From the IMG/VR virus record IMGVR_UViG_3300008954_000023, positions 1 to 64,000 of that record: a stretch of DNA of 64,000 nt. One strand, 5' to 3'. Positions 8,887 through 19,097 of the stretch are shown here, piece by piece. Numbering within the stretch: position 1 is the first letter of the stretch; every line of letters starts with the position of its first letter. Both the position numbers and the translations under genes were made by a program. The notes under the pieces were generated by a model. The model saw nothing but the letters and a program-made list of their open reading frames with translations. It had not been told where the DNA came from and did no database searches. The DNA comes from a virus.

Positions 8887-10230
8887 ATGGCCTATCCTGC
8901 TATCGTTCTTGTCGAGCTGGATGCGGACTGGATCACTCAGGACGGGCGAGACACTACGTTGTCTGGTCACACCGTGTTTGATGCGGCAGAGGCATACGTC
9001 CGTCGCCCACTTCGAGGGATCCGGCTGAAGCGAGAGACTTACGCCTCGATTCGAGTAGAGGGCGGGAACTCCGTCGACATCCTCAACTCCTCGCTCCCTG
9101 CGGGGGTTACGAAGTCTTTCACCTCCAACTTCATCCTCCAGAGCGTCCAGGACTCACGGCAGGAGAAGTTCCAGCCCATCTCCACCTTCGGAGGGCCGTA
9201 CGGCTTCTTTTACGGTGAGCAGCCAAGGATGAAGGCTTTCAGGGCTGTTCTTCTCAACACGGCCGACTTCCAGTGGGAGCTCGAGTGGTGGGAGAACTAC
9301 GACAAGTTCCTCCGCGGTACCCGGCTCGTAGATCGCGGTCTTCAGGCGTACCTCAACGTCGATGACGTTGTCGTCGTCGGGTACATTGTTGCGGCCGCGA
9401 CAGACTCCGACGCTTCGCGTCCCTACATGGCAAACCTGTCTTTCACCATGTGGGTCACGGATGTCATTCCGCTCATCACCCCAGGACAGAAGATGATCGA
9501 TGCTCGGCATTGGGAGAACACCGGTGCCCTCTCGCTCGAGTTCGGGCAGATCGATGGCGTGGAGACCGAAGACTCCAGTGCGACGGCCGAAGTGCGTGCG
9601 CTCAACATCGAGTCTGTGGCCCTCACCGACGGGACAGGGTTCCTCTCGGGCATCCGCAATGCAATCTCTGAGGTGCAGGACTTCGTCGACAAGGTTGGCA
9701 ACGCCATCGACAACGCGCTGGACTGGCTCTATGGCCGGAACATGGTCATCCCTGCGGGTTTCGCCGGTTCAGAGCTGGCAGCAGGGAAGCCTATCTTCGC
9801 TTCAGGTTCAGGCTTTGAAGGCCTGTCTGGGAAGAACCTGGGCGGAGTGCTCGACGGCTCCAGCCTCAACATCTCTCTCCCCGCAGCTACGACCGGTCCT
9901 GGTCCTGCACAGCCGGCATCCCATTTCTACGACAACATCGACGAGTACCCAGCTCGTGCAGCCGATGCGTCTCTCAACGATGCTCAAGTCCAGAACATCT
10001 TGGCGGCCCATCAGAACGCACAGGACGAAGACCTGGCGTTCTATACGTCTCTGGCAGAGGAGACCTTCAGCTCCTTCGGCATCAACATCACGAGCCAGGA
10101 AGGGCAGTATCAGTCTGATCTCGTTCGTGCAGCTGGCCGTGCGAGTTTCGCTGCCCTTTCCTATGGAGCCATGACAACCGGAGCTGGCCAGGCGGCCGCC
10201 TCTCTCACAGTCATTGGTGGAACTACCTGA
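8887..10230 (+). CDS. Tail/baseplate structural protein (possible tube-initiator/hub-like)
   Basis: 447 aa directly downstream of TMP; beta-rich N-half (FILQSVQDSRQEKFQPISTFG...FFYGEQPR). Confidence 0.55.
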   Translation: MAYPAIVLVELDADWITQDGRDTTLSGHTVFDAAEAYVRRPLRGIRLKRETYASIRVEGGNSVDILNSSLPAGVTKSFTSNFILQSVQDSRQEKFQPISTFGGPYGFFYGEQPRMKAFRAVLLNTADFQWELEWWENYDKFLRGTRLVDRGLQAYLNVDDVVVVGYIVAAATDSDASRPYMANLSFTMWVTDVIPLITPGQKMIDARHWENTGALSLEFGQIDGVETEDSSATAEVRALNIESVALTDGTGFLSGIRNAISEVQDFVDKVGNAIDNALDWLYGRNMVIPAGFAGSELAAGKPIFASGSGFEGLSGKNLGGVLDGSSLNISLPAATTGPGPAQPASHFYDNIDEYPARAADASLNDAQVQNILAAHQNAQDEDLAFYTSLAEETFSSFGINITSQEGQYQSDLVRAAGRASFAALSYGAMTTGAGQAAASLTVIGGTT

Positions 10231-13200
10231 TGCCTCTCGGCTCTGGTCGCGTATTACACATCCGCCTGTTCATTGAGCATGTGGAAGTGCCTGTCATCGG
10301 GGCCATGGTCTCTGGCTCTGAGGATTCTCCCGTCGCGGCACAGATCGAGGTCATTCCGTCGGATCTGGTACATCGTCTTCTTCCCCGCTCAAAGGTCGAT
10401 GTCTTCTACCTGGACTACGACGAAGACTTCGCAGCCCATCCCAACGACACACCTTCAGCGACAGACAACACGCTGGCACAGCTCTCGAAGGGCATAGGTC
10501 CAGACCATTACAAGCTGCTGTTCTCCGGTGAGCTGTTCACCATCATGTACACGAAGACGGGCTTCGGATCTCGAAGTGCGATCCTTCAGTGCCTCGACTT
10601 CAGCAACATCTGGGACACCACCTTCCTGCCGGTCCTTAACTACGGTCAGCAGCAGGGTGAGAACGTCATCGTCCAGAACAAGGCAGCCTACTATGGTCTG
10701 AACCAGGATGCCGCAGCCTTCGATGACATCATCAACTCTCCGAGTGTCGTCATCGCCAGCCTCGCCGCTCGAGGCTCTGCCCTCATCCCGGGGACGCAGA
10801 CGACCGCAGGCCTCGTAGGCGGTCTCCTGGGGGTACTGGAGCTCCTTGGTGGGGTGCCGGGGAAGTACGTCGGAGTGACGGCCTGGCACACTGTGCACGA
10901 GATGATGGTGCGGATGGGCGACCAGGTCGTCGGAGACTCCGGAGACACGGCGCAAAAGCTGTTCGACCTCTCTGTGTTCCAGAACTGGCTCACGAACTCA
11001 TTGGGTCAGGCCGGCTCAGTCATCAACTTCCGCGAGGTCATCAGCATCATTCTGCGGTACATCTACTACGCTGTAGCTCCGCAGATGGCTCCTCGGTATG
11101 TGCCTGGGAACCACGAGGTTCCTGTGTGGCCGCCGGGCCTTCTTGAAGGGACTGATGGACTACATGCTGATTTTCAGCCGCTGTTCGATAAAGTACTGAA
11201 TCTGCTGAAGACTGAAAAGGGATATAATGGGTCCTCTCTTCCGCTGGCATACCAAACTTCAGGTCGGCGGAATGCTGAGAACACCAAGAGTATTCAGAAC
11301 CGTGGCGGGGTAACAAACGAGGGATCTGCTCATAACTATGGCTTCGCAGCCGATATTTCGATTACGCCCGGAGGAGTGCAGTTCTTGAACAGCCAGTCTC
11401 CTGCAAAGACTGTGGAGGCGGCACAAGGTCTTCATCAAAAAGCCCTGACTATTGTGGCTAAAAACCACATTGCAACGCCAGAAGAGCTGTGGCTGCATCT
11501 CTCCTCAGAGGAGTATACGACTCTTACGAACATCGTCGCGTTTTACAAGGCGTACGGAGAAGTAGTTAAGGAGGTTCCTGGTGTTCGGTGGGGTGGGAAC
11601 TTCAACAAGACGGATCCTGTATGGGCCCTATGGGGTCTTGGATACGACCCCGTCCACATCGAGATGGAAGGCTGGAAGTCGCATTTGCCGGCAGGCATCC
11701 TCAATGCTGATGCTCTGGATAGTGCAGAGCTCAAGGCATTCTACAAGGATCTGTCGGAGAGGGCGAAGCTCCATACCCAGGTTTTCCGTCCAGACTGCTG
11801 GTTTGTTGCGCCCCCGGCATGCAACCTCATCTTCCCCGAAGAGCTTTCGTCCTTCACCTACACGCGGCAGATGATGCGAGAGGCCACACGGCTTCGGCTC
11901 CTGACCTTCAACACCATCATCCAAGGCGCTCTGCTGGAGCAGGGCTACTTTGCTCCGACCATCGACCAGGTGGAGTCCATCGCGGATGGAGGCTTCGGCA
12001 CAGCGGCCAAGGCCATCGTGTACCCGCACGAGAAGTTCAGCGGCATCATCCCGAAGGAGGAGCGACTCTCTGATGCGTCTATGTACGCCCGGCTGGAAGA
12101 GGACCACGTCATCACTGCGTCTGAGACTGGTGACTTGAAGGTCGAGGAGCAAGAAGGGGCTACGGCAGCAGGGAACAAGATCGACTTCTGGGCCGCACGC
12201 GCGGCCGCATTCACCTTCCTGTCCCACCGCTATGCCGCGCGGACGGCCACAGCGTCGGGCAGGTTCATGCCTCGAATCGTCCTTGGCTTCCCCGGCCTGG
12301 TCGTAGATCGTCCAGTGTCTCGAGATCCGTCTGCCTCTCGGAACGCTCTGAATCCGACTCACTTCCTGGGGATGATTCGCTCACTCTCACATTCCGTCAC
12401 ACAGGCAGGAGGCACTACCACGATCTCCCTCTCCCATGTGCGCTCCCACAAGATCGGAGACGACTCAGACGACCTCTTCGCGACATCCGTGTATGGCCGG
12501 AAGACCACGCTCGCGCAGCAGACGGATCCTGGGGTCGAGGAGACTACAGTCGTTGAGGTCCGGGTTGGGATGCCGCAGGCGGAGTACGCCTTTGCCCTGA
12601 GCCTCGCCACGGGGCTTGAGAATGGCCTGGACCCGAAGTCTCCTCCCGCGACCATGCTTGGCCCCAAGAGGAAGCCAGTGCGGTCCTTGACGCTGGAGCG
12701 GGAACTGATCCTGGGGAAGACGGATGCGGATGCAACGGCGGTGACCGTGAATGGCTCTCTCGAAGGGGAGGAGGACAACCTCCGTGCATTCCCCTTCTCG
12801 AAGGTCACTGTTGTGGAGGCAGAGTCCAACGGATTCATTCCACTCGAAGAGGCCATTCGCCCGCCCTGGTTCTCAGAAGAGTACTCCAATGCCGAGATCG
12901 GGAAGCTCTATGAAAGGCTCTTCGGCTGTAAGTCCCTCATTGACGTCATGGGCGGTCTCAGCGACCCCAAGGATGGTGGCCTTACTCCGCAGGAAGGCTA
13001 CGTCCAGGCCGGTATCTACGAGGCTGTGGAGGCTCTGGTCCGCGACTATACCTCGCAGTCAGACTCCGGCCATAGCGGCTCAGACTTCATCGTAGGGAAG
13101 ACCTCTCGGGTTCATGCCTCGATGCGTGATCTTTACGGAGATTCGCAGAACCAGGGCTTCCATACCTACGCGGCAGGGAAACGAGAGAATCTGGATGATC

Positions 13201-13346
13201 TGGGGCTGGAGCAGACCCTGCAGTCCCAGCTCCGTGCCGGAGATGACAACAGGGTAGGTCCGGAGCTTGACCCACGAATGGAGCGGTGGGAGCGTGCACG
13301 GGATTATGCTGGTGAACTCATGCGCCTCTCCGGCTTCCGGGGCTGA
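10230..13346 (+). CDS. Baseplate hub-like protein with inserted M15-family peptidoglycan peptidase domain
   Basis: 1038 aa; SAHNYGFAADI (H-x6-D) and WGGNF...DPVHIE Zn-binding motifs at ~11160-11680; position in the tail operon. Confidence 0.75.
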   Translation: MPLGSGRVLHIRLFIEHVEVPVIGAMVSGSEDSPVAAQIEVIPSDLVHRLLPRSKVDVFYLDYDEDFAAHPNDTPSATDNTLAQLSKGIGPDHYKLLFSGELFTIMYTKTGFGSRSAILQCLDFSNIWDTTFLPVLNYGQQQGENVIVQNKAAYYGLNQDAAAFDDIINSPSVVIASLAARGSALIPGTQTTAGLVGGLLGVLELLGGVPGKYVGVTAWHTVHEMMVRMGDQVVGDSGDTAQKLFDLSVFQNWLTNSLGQAGSVINFREVISIILRYIYYAVAPQMAPRYVPGNHEVPVWPPGLLEGTDGLHADFQPLFDKVLNLLKTEKGYNGSSLPLAYQTSGRRNAENTKSIQNRGGVTNEGSAHNYGFAADISITPGGVQFLNSQSPAKTVEAAQGLHQKALTIVAKNHIATPEELWLHLSSEEYTTLTNIVAFYKAYGEVVKEVPGVRWGGNFNKTDPVWALWGLGYDPVHIEMEGWKSHLPAGILNADALDSAELKAFYKDLSERAKLHTQVFRPDCWFVAPPACNLIFPEELSSFTYTRQMMREATRLRLLTFNTIIQGALLEQGYFAPTIDQVESIADGGFGTAAKAIVYPHEKFSGIIPKEERLSDASMYARLEEDHVITASETGDLKVEEQEGATAAGNKIDFWAARAAAFTFLSHRYAARTATASGRFMPRIVLGFPGLVVDRPVSRDPSASRNALNPTHFLGMIRSLSHSVTQAGGTTTISLSHVRSHKIGDDSDDLFATSVYGRKTTLAQQTDPGVEETTVVEVRVGMPQAEYAFALSLATGLENGLDPKSPPATMLGPKRKPVRSLTLERELILGKTDADATAVTVNGSLEGEEDNLRAFPFSKVTVVEAESNGFIPLEEAIRPPWFSEEYSNAEIGKLYERLFGCKSLIDVMGGLSDPKDGGLTPQEGYVQAGIYEAVEALVRDYTSQSDSGHSGSDFIVGKTSRVHASMRDLYGDSQNQGFHTYAAGKRENLDDLGLEQTLQSQLRAGDDNRVGPELDPRMERWERARDYAGELMRLSGFRG

Positions 13347-13376
13347 TGCGTTAGACTGGACCTGCAGGAGTCTGAG

Positions 13377-13595
13377 ATGCTGCTCGATCCCACTACTTTC
13401 GCTGTGTTCACCGACGAGCTGGCCAAGCTGGCGGCCTCAACCCGGACGGGCCGGGCCGTGGACAAGGTCGTGTCCAAGGTCAAGGGGCGGGATCTTGCAG
13501 CTGCCGCAGCAGGGGCTGGTACTCTCGAAGGTGCCCGTCGTGTGTGGAGCGATATGAGGACCGGGCGGCAGATGCGGAAGCAGAGGCGGTACTGA
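13377..13595 (+). CDS. Small basic protein with FTDELAKLAA motif
   Basis: 72 aa; GGAG SD; Ala/Gly stretch and basic tail. Confidence 0.7.
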   Translation: MLLDPTTFAVFTDELAKLAASTRTGRAVDKVVSKVKGRDLAAAAAGAGTLEGARRVWSDMRTGRQMRKQRRY

Positions 13596-14095
13596 TGTCC
13601 GAGCTCTCAGAGCGGAAGAAGAGAGCCCTCAAGGAGTACGGAGAGTGGCGGCCGCGCATTGGCCGTGGTGCGTCTTGGGCTGCGACAGCAGGTCTGCTCA
13701 CGAATCTGTCAGGGAACAGGAAGGTGTCCATCCCTGCAGCGACCGCCGCCGGCGTGGCCGGTATGGGAGACAAGATGCTTGAGGAAGAGGTCAAGAAGAG
13801 TCGGAAGCTGAAGGCCATCGTGAAGGACAGCTTCGAGCAGTCCAAGACGGCTTCGAGCATCGCCAGCAGGCCGGCCTGGGCTCAGTCCCCTCTGGCGACA
13901 GAGCTCGGCAACGTCCAGCACAATGCCGTCATCGGTACCCTGTTCTCCCGCAAGGCTCGGGTCTCCGCAGCAGCTCGGAAGCAGCTCGGGAACCTCTTCG
14001 CCAATGCTGGTGAGAACTCCTTTGGAGCAAGTCTCCAGGTGAGTGCTGACCCGCGCTCTGCCGCCAAGGCGGTGGTTCGGGTCCTCAAGGGCTGA
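13595..14095 (+). CDS. Basic Gly/Ala-rich hypothetical protein
   Basis: TGATG coupling on both sides; internal EQSKTAS. Confidence 0.7.
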   Translation: MSELSERKKRALKEYGEWRPRIGRGASWAATAGLLTNLSGNRKVSIPAATAAGVAGMGDKMLEEEVKKSRKLKAIVKDSFEQSKTASSIASRPAWAQSPLATELGNVQHNAVIGTLFSRKARVSAAARKQLGNLFANAGENSFGASLQVSADPRSAAKAVVRVLKG

Positions 14096-14919
14096 TGTCC
14101 GTTGACCTCCTGGCCATGTTCCGGAAGGCGGCCTCGGAGGGGGACCCGCCGGACTTTGGCCTGCCCAAAGACTGGAGGTATCCGACAGGGGACGATGCAC
14201 GCTCTGCAGCGAAGCGCGAGGAGCTAAAGCTCTGGAGGACCTGGAAGGAGCAGGGCCATCGTCCAGAGGACATGGAGCCGCTCCTCAAGTCCCTGCGCCC
14301 GCTCGTCTATCGCTACGGGGTTCAGACCTGGAAGAACAAGGTCCCCCTTTCAGGCCAAGTGCTGAACGACGAGGCTACACGCCTCACCATCAAAGGTCTT
14401 CGGCGGTACAACCCGCGTAAGGCTCAGCTCAACACCTACGTCCGGTACCAGCTTCAGAGCATGGACAGGTTCGTCAAGAACCGACAGAACATCTCCCGCA
14501 TCACCGAGGAGAGGAACCGGCTCATCGGCCCTTACGACAAGGCCCATGCTACGCTCGTAGAGCGGCTGGATCGGGAGCCTACTACCGCAGAGATCGCTTC
14601 CGAGATGCGACGGTACGGGAAGAAGGTCTCCGTCAAGAATGTACAGAAGCTGGAGCAGGAGAGGAAGAAGGATCTCCTCGCTTCCGGAGCGATGGAGGAT
14701 CCCTTCCTGGAAGAGACTCCAAAGTCTCGGCGAGTGCTCCGCCTCATCAGATACCAGCTCAACAAGGACGAGCAGAAGGTGCTCGACCACCTCACCGGCT
14801 CGAACGGGAAGCGGCAGACCTCGAGCACCAGCACCATCGCGCGAAAAGAAGGCTGGTCTAACTCTCGGGTCTCTCAGATCAAACGAGCCATCGCCAAGAA
14901 GATGAAGCCCTACCTGTGA
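14095..14919 (+). CDS. Phage RNA polymerase sigma-70-family factor
   Basis: Region 2 (LRPLVYR...GLRRYNPRKAQLNTYVRYQL), region 3 (LDREPTTAEIASEM), region 4 HTH (STSTIARKEGWSNSRVSQIKR). Confidence 0.85.
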   Translation: MSVDLLAMFRKAASEGDPPDFGLPKDWRYPTGDDARSAAKREELKLWRTWKEQGHRPEDMEPLLKSLRPLVYRYGVQTWKNKVPLSGQVLNDEATRLTIKGLRRYNPRKAQLNTYVRYQLQSMDRFVKNRQNISRITEERNRLIGPYDKAHATLVERLDREPTTAEIASEMRRYGKKVSVKNVQKLEQERKKDLLASGAMEDPFLEETPKSRRVLRLIRYQLNKDEQKVLDHLTGSNGKRQTSSTSTIARKEGWSNSRVSQIKRAIAKKMKPYL

Positions 14920-15128
14920 GCTCTACAGCCCTCAACTCTCTGATCGACGAACTGGAAGATGCCCTCGATGAGGCCTTCACAGAGGAGAAGGAGCGTCTCA
15001 CAGCAGAGAGGGACTTCCTCCTTGCAGTGGTTGGAGACGAGGTAGAGATAGAGACCGCATCCACAGAGCAGGCAGCTCTGTACTTGGACTATCTCCTGCG
15101 TGAATACTTCCCCGTGGAGGACGAGTAG
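14916..15128 (+). CDS. Small acidic hypothetical protein
   Basis: GTGA overlap; 70 aa. Confidence 0.65.
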   Translation: MSSTALNSLIDELEDALDEAFTEEKERLTAERDFLLAVVGDEVEIETASTEQAALYLDYLLREYFPVEDE

Positions 15129-15833
15129 ATGGCTACTGAGCGCTACTTCGGGGAGGAGATCACTACCACCCTCACCATCGTCGTGACGGACTCGGAAGGC
15201 ACGGAGACCGAGACTGATGCCGATGACACTCCTACGGCCATCATCTACTACGAACGGGAGGTGCATACCCAGGTCGCCGCAGAAGACGTCACTCATGCAG
15301 ATACCGGCGTCTACACCTTCACCTGGACTCCTGACTGCGTCGGCACCTACGTCTTCAAGTGGAGCTTCACCATTGGAGGCGACGACTACGATTCCGAAGA
15401 GACCATCGATATCATCGCGGTCGTTGAGGGAACCTCCGACAGCTCGGACGAGGATTCTGAGACTACTACGACCTCTACGGCGGACATCGGCAACGACAAC
15501 ATCTGCACGGTGACGGGCACGTTCTACGACGCCAGCGGCAACTACATGAACGGCGTCTTCGTCCGGTTCACTCCGTCACGGAGCACCGACGCCTTCATCA
15601 GCCAAGGGGTCATAGCCCTCGAAGCTACGGCGGAGTCGGATGAGAACGGGGCCCTGTCTCTCGAACTGATTCGAGGTGTGAAGGGAATGCTCACCATCAC
15701 CGGATTGGGCATCGTTCGAGAGGTCGAGATCCCCGACAACGGGACCATCGACATCATGGACCTGGTGGCTCTCGGGGATGACCTTCTCGAGGTCCAGAAG
15801 CCTCAGTTCGTCAAGCTGCCGCGGAGGTCGTGA
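15129..15833 (+). CDS. Ig-like/beta-sandwich virion protein
   Basis: DTGVYTFTWTP...GTYVFKW Ig-like signature; very acidic. Confidence 0.6.
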   Translation: MATERYFGEEITTTLTIVVTDSEGTETETDADDTPTAIIYYEREVHTQVAAEDVTHADTGVYTFTWTPDCVGTYVFKWSFTIGGDDYDSEETIDIIAVVEGTSDSSDEDSETTTTSTADIGNDNICTVTGTFYDASGNYMNGVFVRFTPSRSTDAFISQGVIALEATAESDENGALSLELIRGVKGMLTITGLGIVREVEIPDNGTIDIMDLVALGDDLLEVQKPQFVKLPRRS

Positions 15834-16753
15834 TGACCGTCTCCGTCACGTTCTCCATCACCAGCAAGATCCTGCCGGCCTATACAGGAGATGCTCTCGA
15901 AGGAGCCATCGTCCGGGTCTTCTCTGAGGATGGTGAGACCTTCGTCACGCAAGGCACTACCGACAGCGACGGGGAACTGGTCCTGGAGCTGGAAGACGAG
16001 ACTACCTACTGGGTGCGCTTCTTCAAGGCGACCTACGAGTTCCCGACTCGCCTCACCATCGACGTGGACAGCTCTGCGAGCTCCAACACCTTCGATGTTG
16101 AAGGCACCTACTTGATGGAGCATCCTCCATCGGCCAACGAGTACCTGTGTCGTATCTCTGGATACGTCCGAGGCGCGGATTGGGCACCTCGATCTGGGAT
16201 CCCCATCACCTTCAGCCTGACCGGGAAGCCACGAGTGGTGGCCGGACAGGTGATGGTGACGACAGACGTCATTGCCACTTCAGACTCCGAAGGCTGGATC
16301 GAGGTCGAGCTTGTGCGTAACGGTGCGTACGATGCCCTCATCACTGGAATGGAGGACACCACGGTCCGAGTCCTGGTGCCGGACGAACAGTCGGCCTCCA
16401 TCACAGACGTCCTCTTCCCCTATGCCCTGAAGCTGGAGTACGGGACGGATGCCGTGGAGCTTGAGGTCTTGGAAGAGGTCGCAGTAACTGCGACAGTGAC
16501 GCTCTCTTCCGGAGTCACGACACCCTTCGAGCTGGACGACAACGACACCTACACCTTGTCGCAGTGGGTCACTCTCGAAGTCTCGGACAAGGATGTGATC
16601 GAGTACGTCTTCGATGAGGACGACAATCTGGTCATCACTGGAAAGGGAGTAGGGGTAGCGACAATCACTGCAACGGCGCTTGAGACTCTTGAGGTCTCCA
16701 GAACGCCTGCTCCGACACGGTCTCTGGCCTCGCTGACGGTCACGGTGACATGA
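15830..16753 (+). CDS. Virion protein with tandem Ig/transthyretin-like domains
   Basis: LEGAIVRVF...GTTDSDGEL; C-terminal ITGKGVGVATITAT (Big_2-like). Confidence 0.6.
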   Translation: MMTVSVTFSITSKILPAYTGDALEGAIVRVFSEDGETFVTQGTTDSDGELVLELEDETTYWVRFFKATYEFPTRLTIDVDSSASSNTFDVEGTYLMEHPPSANEYLCRISGYVRGADWAPRSGIPITFSLTGKPRVVAGQVMVTTDVIATSDSEGWIEVELVRNGAYDALITGMEDTTVRVLVPDEQSASITDVLFPYALKLEYGTDAVELEVLEEVAVTATVTLSSGVTTPFELDDNDTYTLSQWVTLEVSDKDVIEYVFDEDDNLVITGKGVGVATITATALETLEVSRTPAPTRSLASLTVTVT

Positions 16754-18120
16754 GCATCACGCAGGACGACATCAACCGTCTTGCGGCCGTTGTCTCGAGC
16801 GACCCTCAAACCCTCGACTACGGTGCTGGCGGGGTCTCCGATCCTTCAGGAGCGTGGGAGAGCTTCCAGCGTGCCACGGCCAAGACGCTCCTGGCAGACC
16901 CTGATGTTCTGCTGTACTTGGCATACCTCTGCAGCAACAAGACCGCCGCCGCCGCCCGGAAGATCCTCCCCACCCTCGAAGCGCTCATCAATGCTGTAGA
17001 AGGTCTGAAGTATGCCCAAAAGGCCGTGTCCTCTCCATCGAAGGTGCGGAGTCGCCTGTCCACTGCGTTGGCGGGCGAGACTGCCACCGCGTCTCAGGTC
17101 TCGACGCTTACGGCAGAAGCTGAGAAGTACATCGCTGAAGAGCTTGCGCCAGCCATCAGCTCTGGCTCCCGGCTCCAAGTCCAAGGCGACGAAGCCCGCG
17201 CACAGTACGAAGCCCAGAAGACCACACTCCTCGACGCGTGGTCCCGCCTCACTTCACTCGTAGAGCGATGCTCCGAGGCCCGCAGGTTCACGTCACGAAC
17301 CGCTCAAGAACTCACGCAGGCCTCAGCCCTTGCAGTACTGGAAGCCTCGCTGGACCAACCTCTCGAAGGGTCAACTACGGAATACACGCTTCGTCTGGCT
17401 GCCGCTACGGCAATAGTTCAGGCTTCACAGCGTGAAGTGGATTGGCGATACCGGCTAAGGATTGACACTTCTACGGTGTTTCCTTCTGGGATTACAGCAG
17501 AACTGAGCGGCACAACCCTGAATCTAAACCAAGATGCCCTCTTGCTTGGTTTCAAGAGCGGAGATCTTGTCTCCTGGGGTGGAGAGACTTCCGTTAAGGC
17601 CCTCTCTGGTACTGCTCTCACTTTGAAGGGCGCCGTGGACGGCACAGGAGTTCTTCAGGTCCGAGCGATTGCGGTGCCTGCGTGGAACACGCTCTCGGAT
17701 GGTCTAAAGGCTGTCGGGCTTCCTACGGCTGCTCAGCTCCGTATAGCTATCCAGTCTCGGGAGGGAGGCTCTGCGGGACACATACGAGACCTTGTGGTGT
17801 ACCTGGCGGAGCTGTACTCGCTGCTGGATACGGTAACGGCAGGCATCCAAGGCACTGTGTCCCGTCTCGGAGGGTCCAGTACCGCAGCAACTTCGACACT
17901 GATTGCAGTGCTGGATGCCTATGCGCCCTTCTTCCCGTCAAAGACCATCAAGGCAGGGGATGCTCTGCTCGATCGAGCAGAGTCCGGCGGCTTCGACTAT
18001 GCCGTCCGGATGCTATTGCGGGGCGACATCGATGGGGTCTTTGCCGCTGATGCTCAGGATGCGAGTCTGAGGGGACGGGTGGACAAGGCGGTTACGAACA
18101 TCGGGAGGTACACCTCGTAG
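16750..18120 (+). CDS. Hypothetical virion protein
   Basis: 456-aa ORF with ATGA coupling within the structural operon. Confidence 0.7.
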   Translation: MSITQDDINRLAAVVSSDPQTLDYGAGGVSDPSGAWESFQRATAKTLLADPDVLLYLAYLCSNKTAAAARKILPTLEALINAVEGLKYAQKAVSSPSKVRSRLSTALAGETATASQVSTLTAEAEKYIAEELAPAISSGSRLQVQGDEARAQYEAQKTTLLDAWSRLTSLVERCSEARRFTSRTAQELTQASALAVLEASLDQPLEGSTTEYTLRLAAATAIVQASQREVDWRYRLRIDTSTVFPSGITAELSGTTLNLNQDALLLGFKSGDLVSWGGETSVKALSGTALTLKGAVDGTGVLQVRAIAVPAWNTLSDGLKAVGLPTAAQLRIAIQSREGGSAGHIRDLVVYLAELYSLLDTVTAGIQGTVSRLGGSSTAATSTLIAVLDAYAPFFPSKTIKAGDALLDRAESGGFDYAVRMLLRGDIDGVFAADAQDASLRGRVDKAVTNIGRYTS

Positions 18121-18128
18121 GAGGGCAC

Positions 18129-18449
18129 GTGAGCTGGGACGCTGTTCGTATAAGCCTGGCGGAGGGTCTGGCATGGCTCCGAGGACAGGAGGTGGCCACC
18201 AATGCGGCAGGCACAACCATCGAGCAGGCCCTCCTCGAGACCATCGTAGAGATCGATTCGGACCAGACAACAGGTCTGGTGGAGGTCAGGGATGACGGAA
18301 CGATTCGTCCTGGCCAGCTCCAGCGGGTCCAGGAGCTGAGGAACCGCTTCTTCGGCTTTACCGACGAGAACGGGAACCCGGTAAAGGGTATATTGGAGCA
18401 GGCCCGGGGACTCGAAGACCCGAACCTGGCGGTGAATCCCGAGGAGTAG
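18129..18449 (+). CDS. Hypothetical protein
   Basis: GTG start with GAGG SD; 106 aa. Confidence 0.65.
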   Translation: MSWDAVRISLAEGLAWLRGQEVATNAAGTTIEQALLETIVEIDSDQTTGLVEVRDDGTIRPGQLQRVQELRNRFFGFTDENGNPVKGILEQARGLEDPNLAVNPEE

Positions 18450-19097
18450 ATGGCCACGAAGGACTACCCGGTGCTGCAGTTCCAGGACGCGGCACTCGTG
18501 CGTCAGGTCCTTGTCTACTCCCGCTCGCCTTTGGTCCTCGACCTTCGAGGGCAGCACTTCATCGGTGTGTCAGAGGTCAGGATCAATGGCAGGCCTGTGC
18601 CGGAGTTCATGGTCCTCACCCCGTCTCGTATCCTCGCACCTGTCCCGACCAGGGTGGTGGGTACGCGTATCCGCTCTGTGAGAGTCATCCTCGCTCGTGA
18701 GGGCCTCACACAGACCACCAAGATTCGCTTCAGAGCGTCGGTCCCTGGAGGACGCGGCACAGGCTTCTCGAGGCTTCTGCAGTCGTTCCTTCGTCTCCTG
18801 TTTACAGCCCCGGGGGAGGACCTCGATGACTTCACTCGTGGTGGCGGTATGGGGAAGATTGTCGGTGCTGCGGGAGATCCCGGGGCGTTGAGGTCTGGAG
18901 TAGTTCGGTCTGTACGGGATACGGAGAGTCAGATGATCCGACTCCAGGCGGGGAATACCCGGCTTCAGGATTCAGAGAAGCTCCAGTCGGCTACGGTAGT
19001 CTCTGCCGAGTTCATTCCCTCCCTTGCAGCTGTCCATCTCCAGCTCCGCCTGACCGCGATGGATGGCTCCACTCATGACCCCGTGCTGAGCATCTGA
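18450..19097 (+). CDS. Baseplate wedge gp25-like protein with N-terminal IPT/TIG-like domain
   Basis: LLQSFLRLLFTAPGED...GGG pattern; immediately upstream of the J-like gene. Confidence 0.6.
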   Translation: MATKDYPVLQFQDAALVRQVLVYSRSPLVLDLRGQHFIGVSEVRINGRPVPEFMVLTPSRILAPVPTRVVGTRIRSVRVILAREGLTQTTKIRFRASVPGGRGTGFSRLLQSFLRLLFTAPGEDLDDFTRGGGMGKIVGAAGDPGALRSGVVRSVRDTESQMIRLQAGNTRLQDSEKLQSATVVSAEFIPSLAAVHLQLRLTAMDGSTHDPVLSI

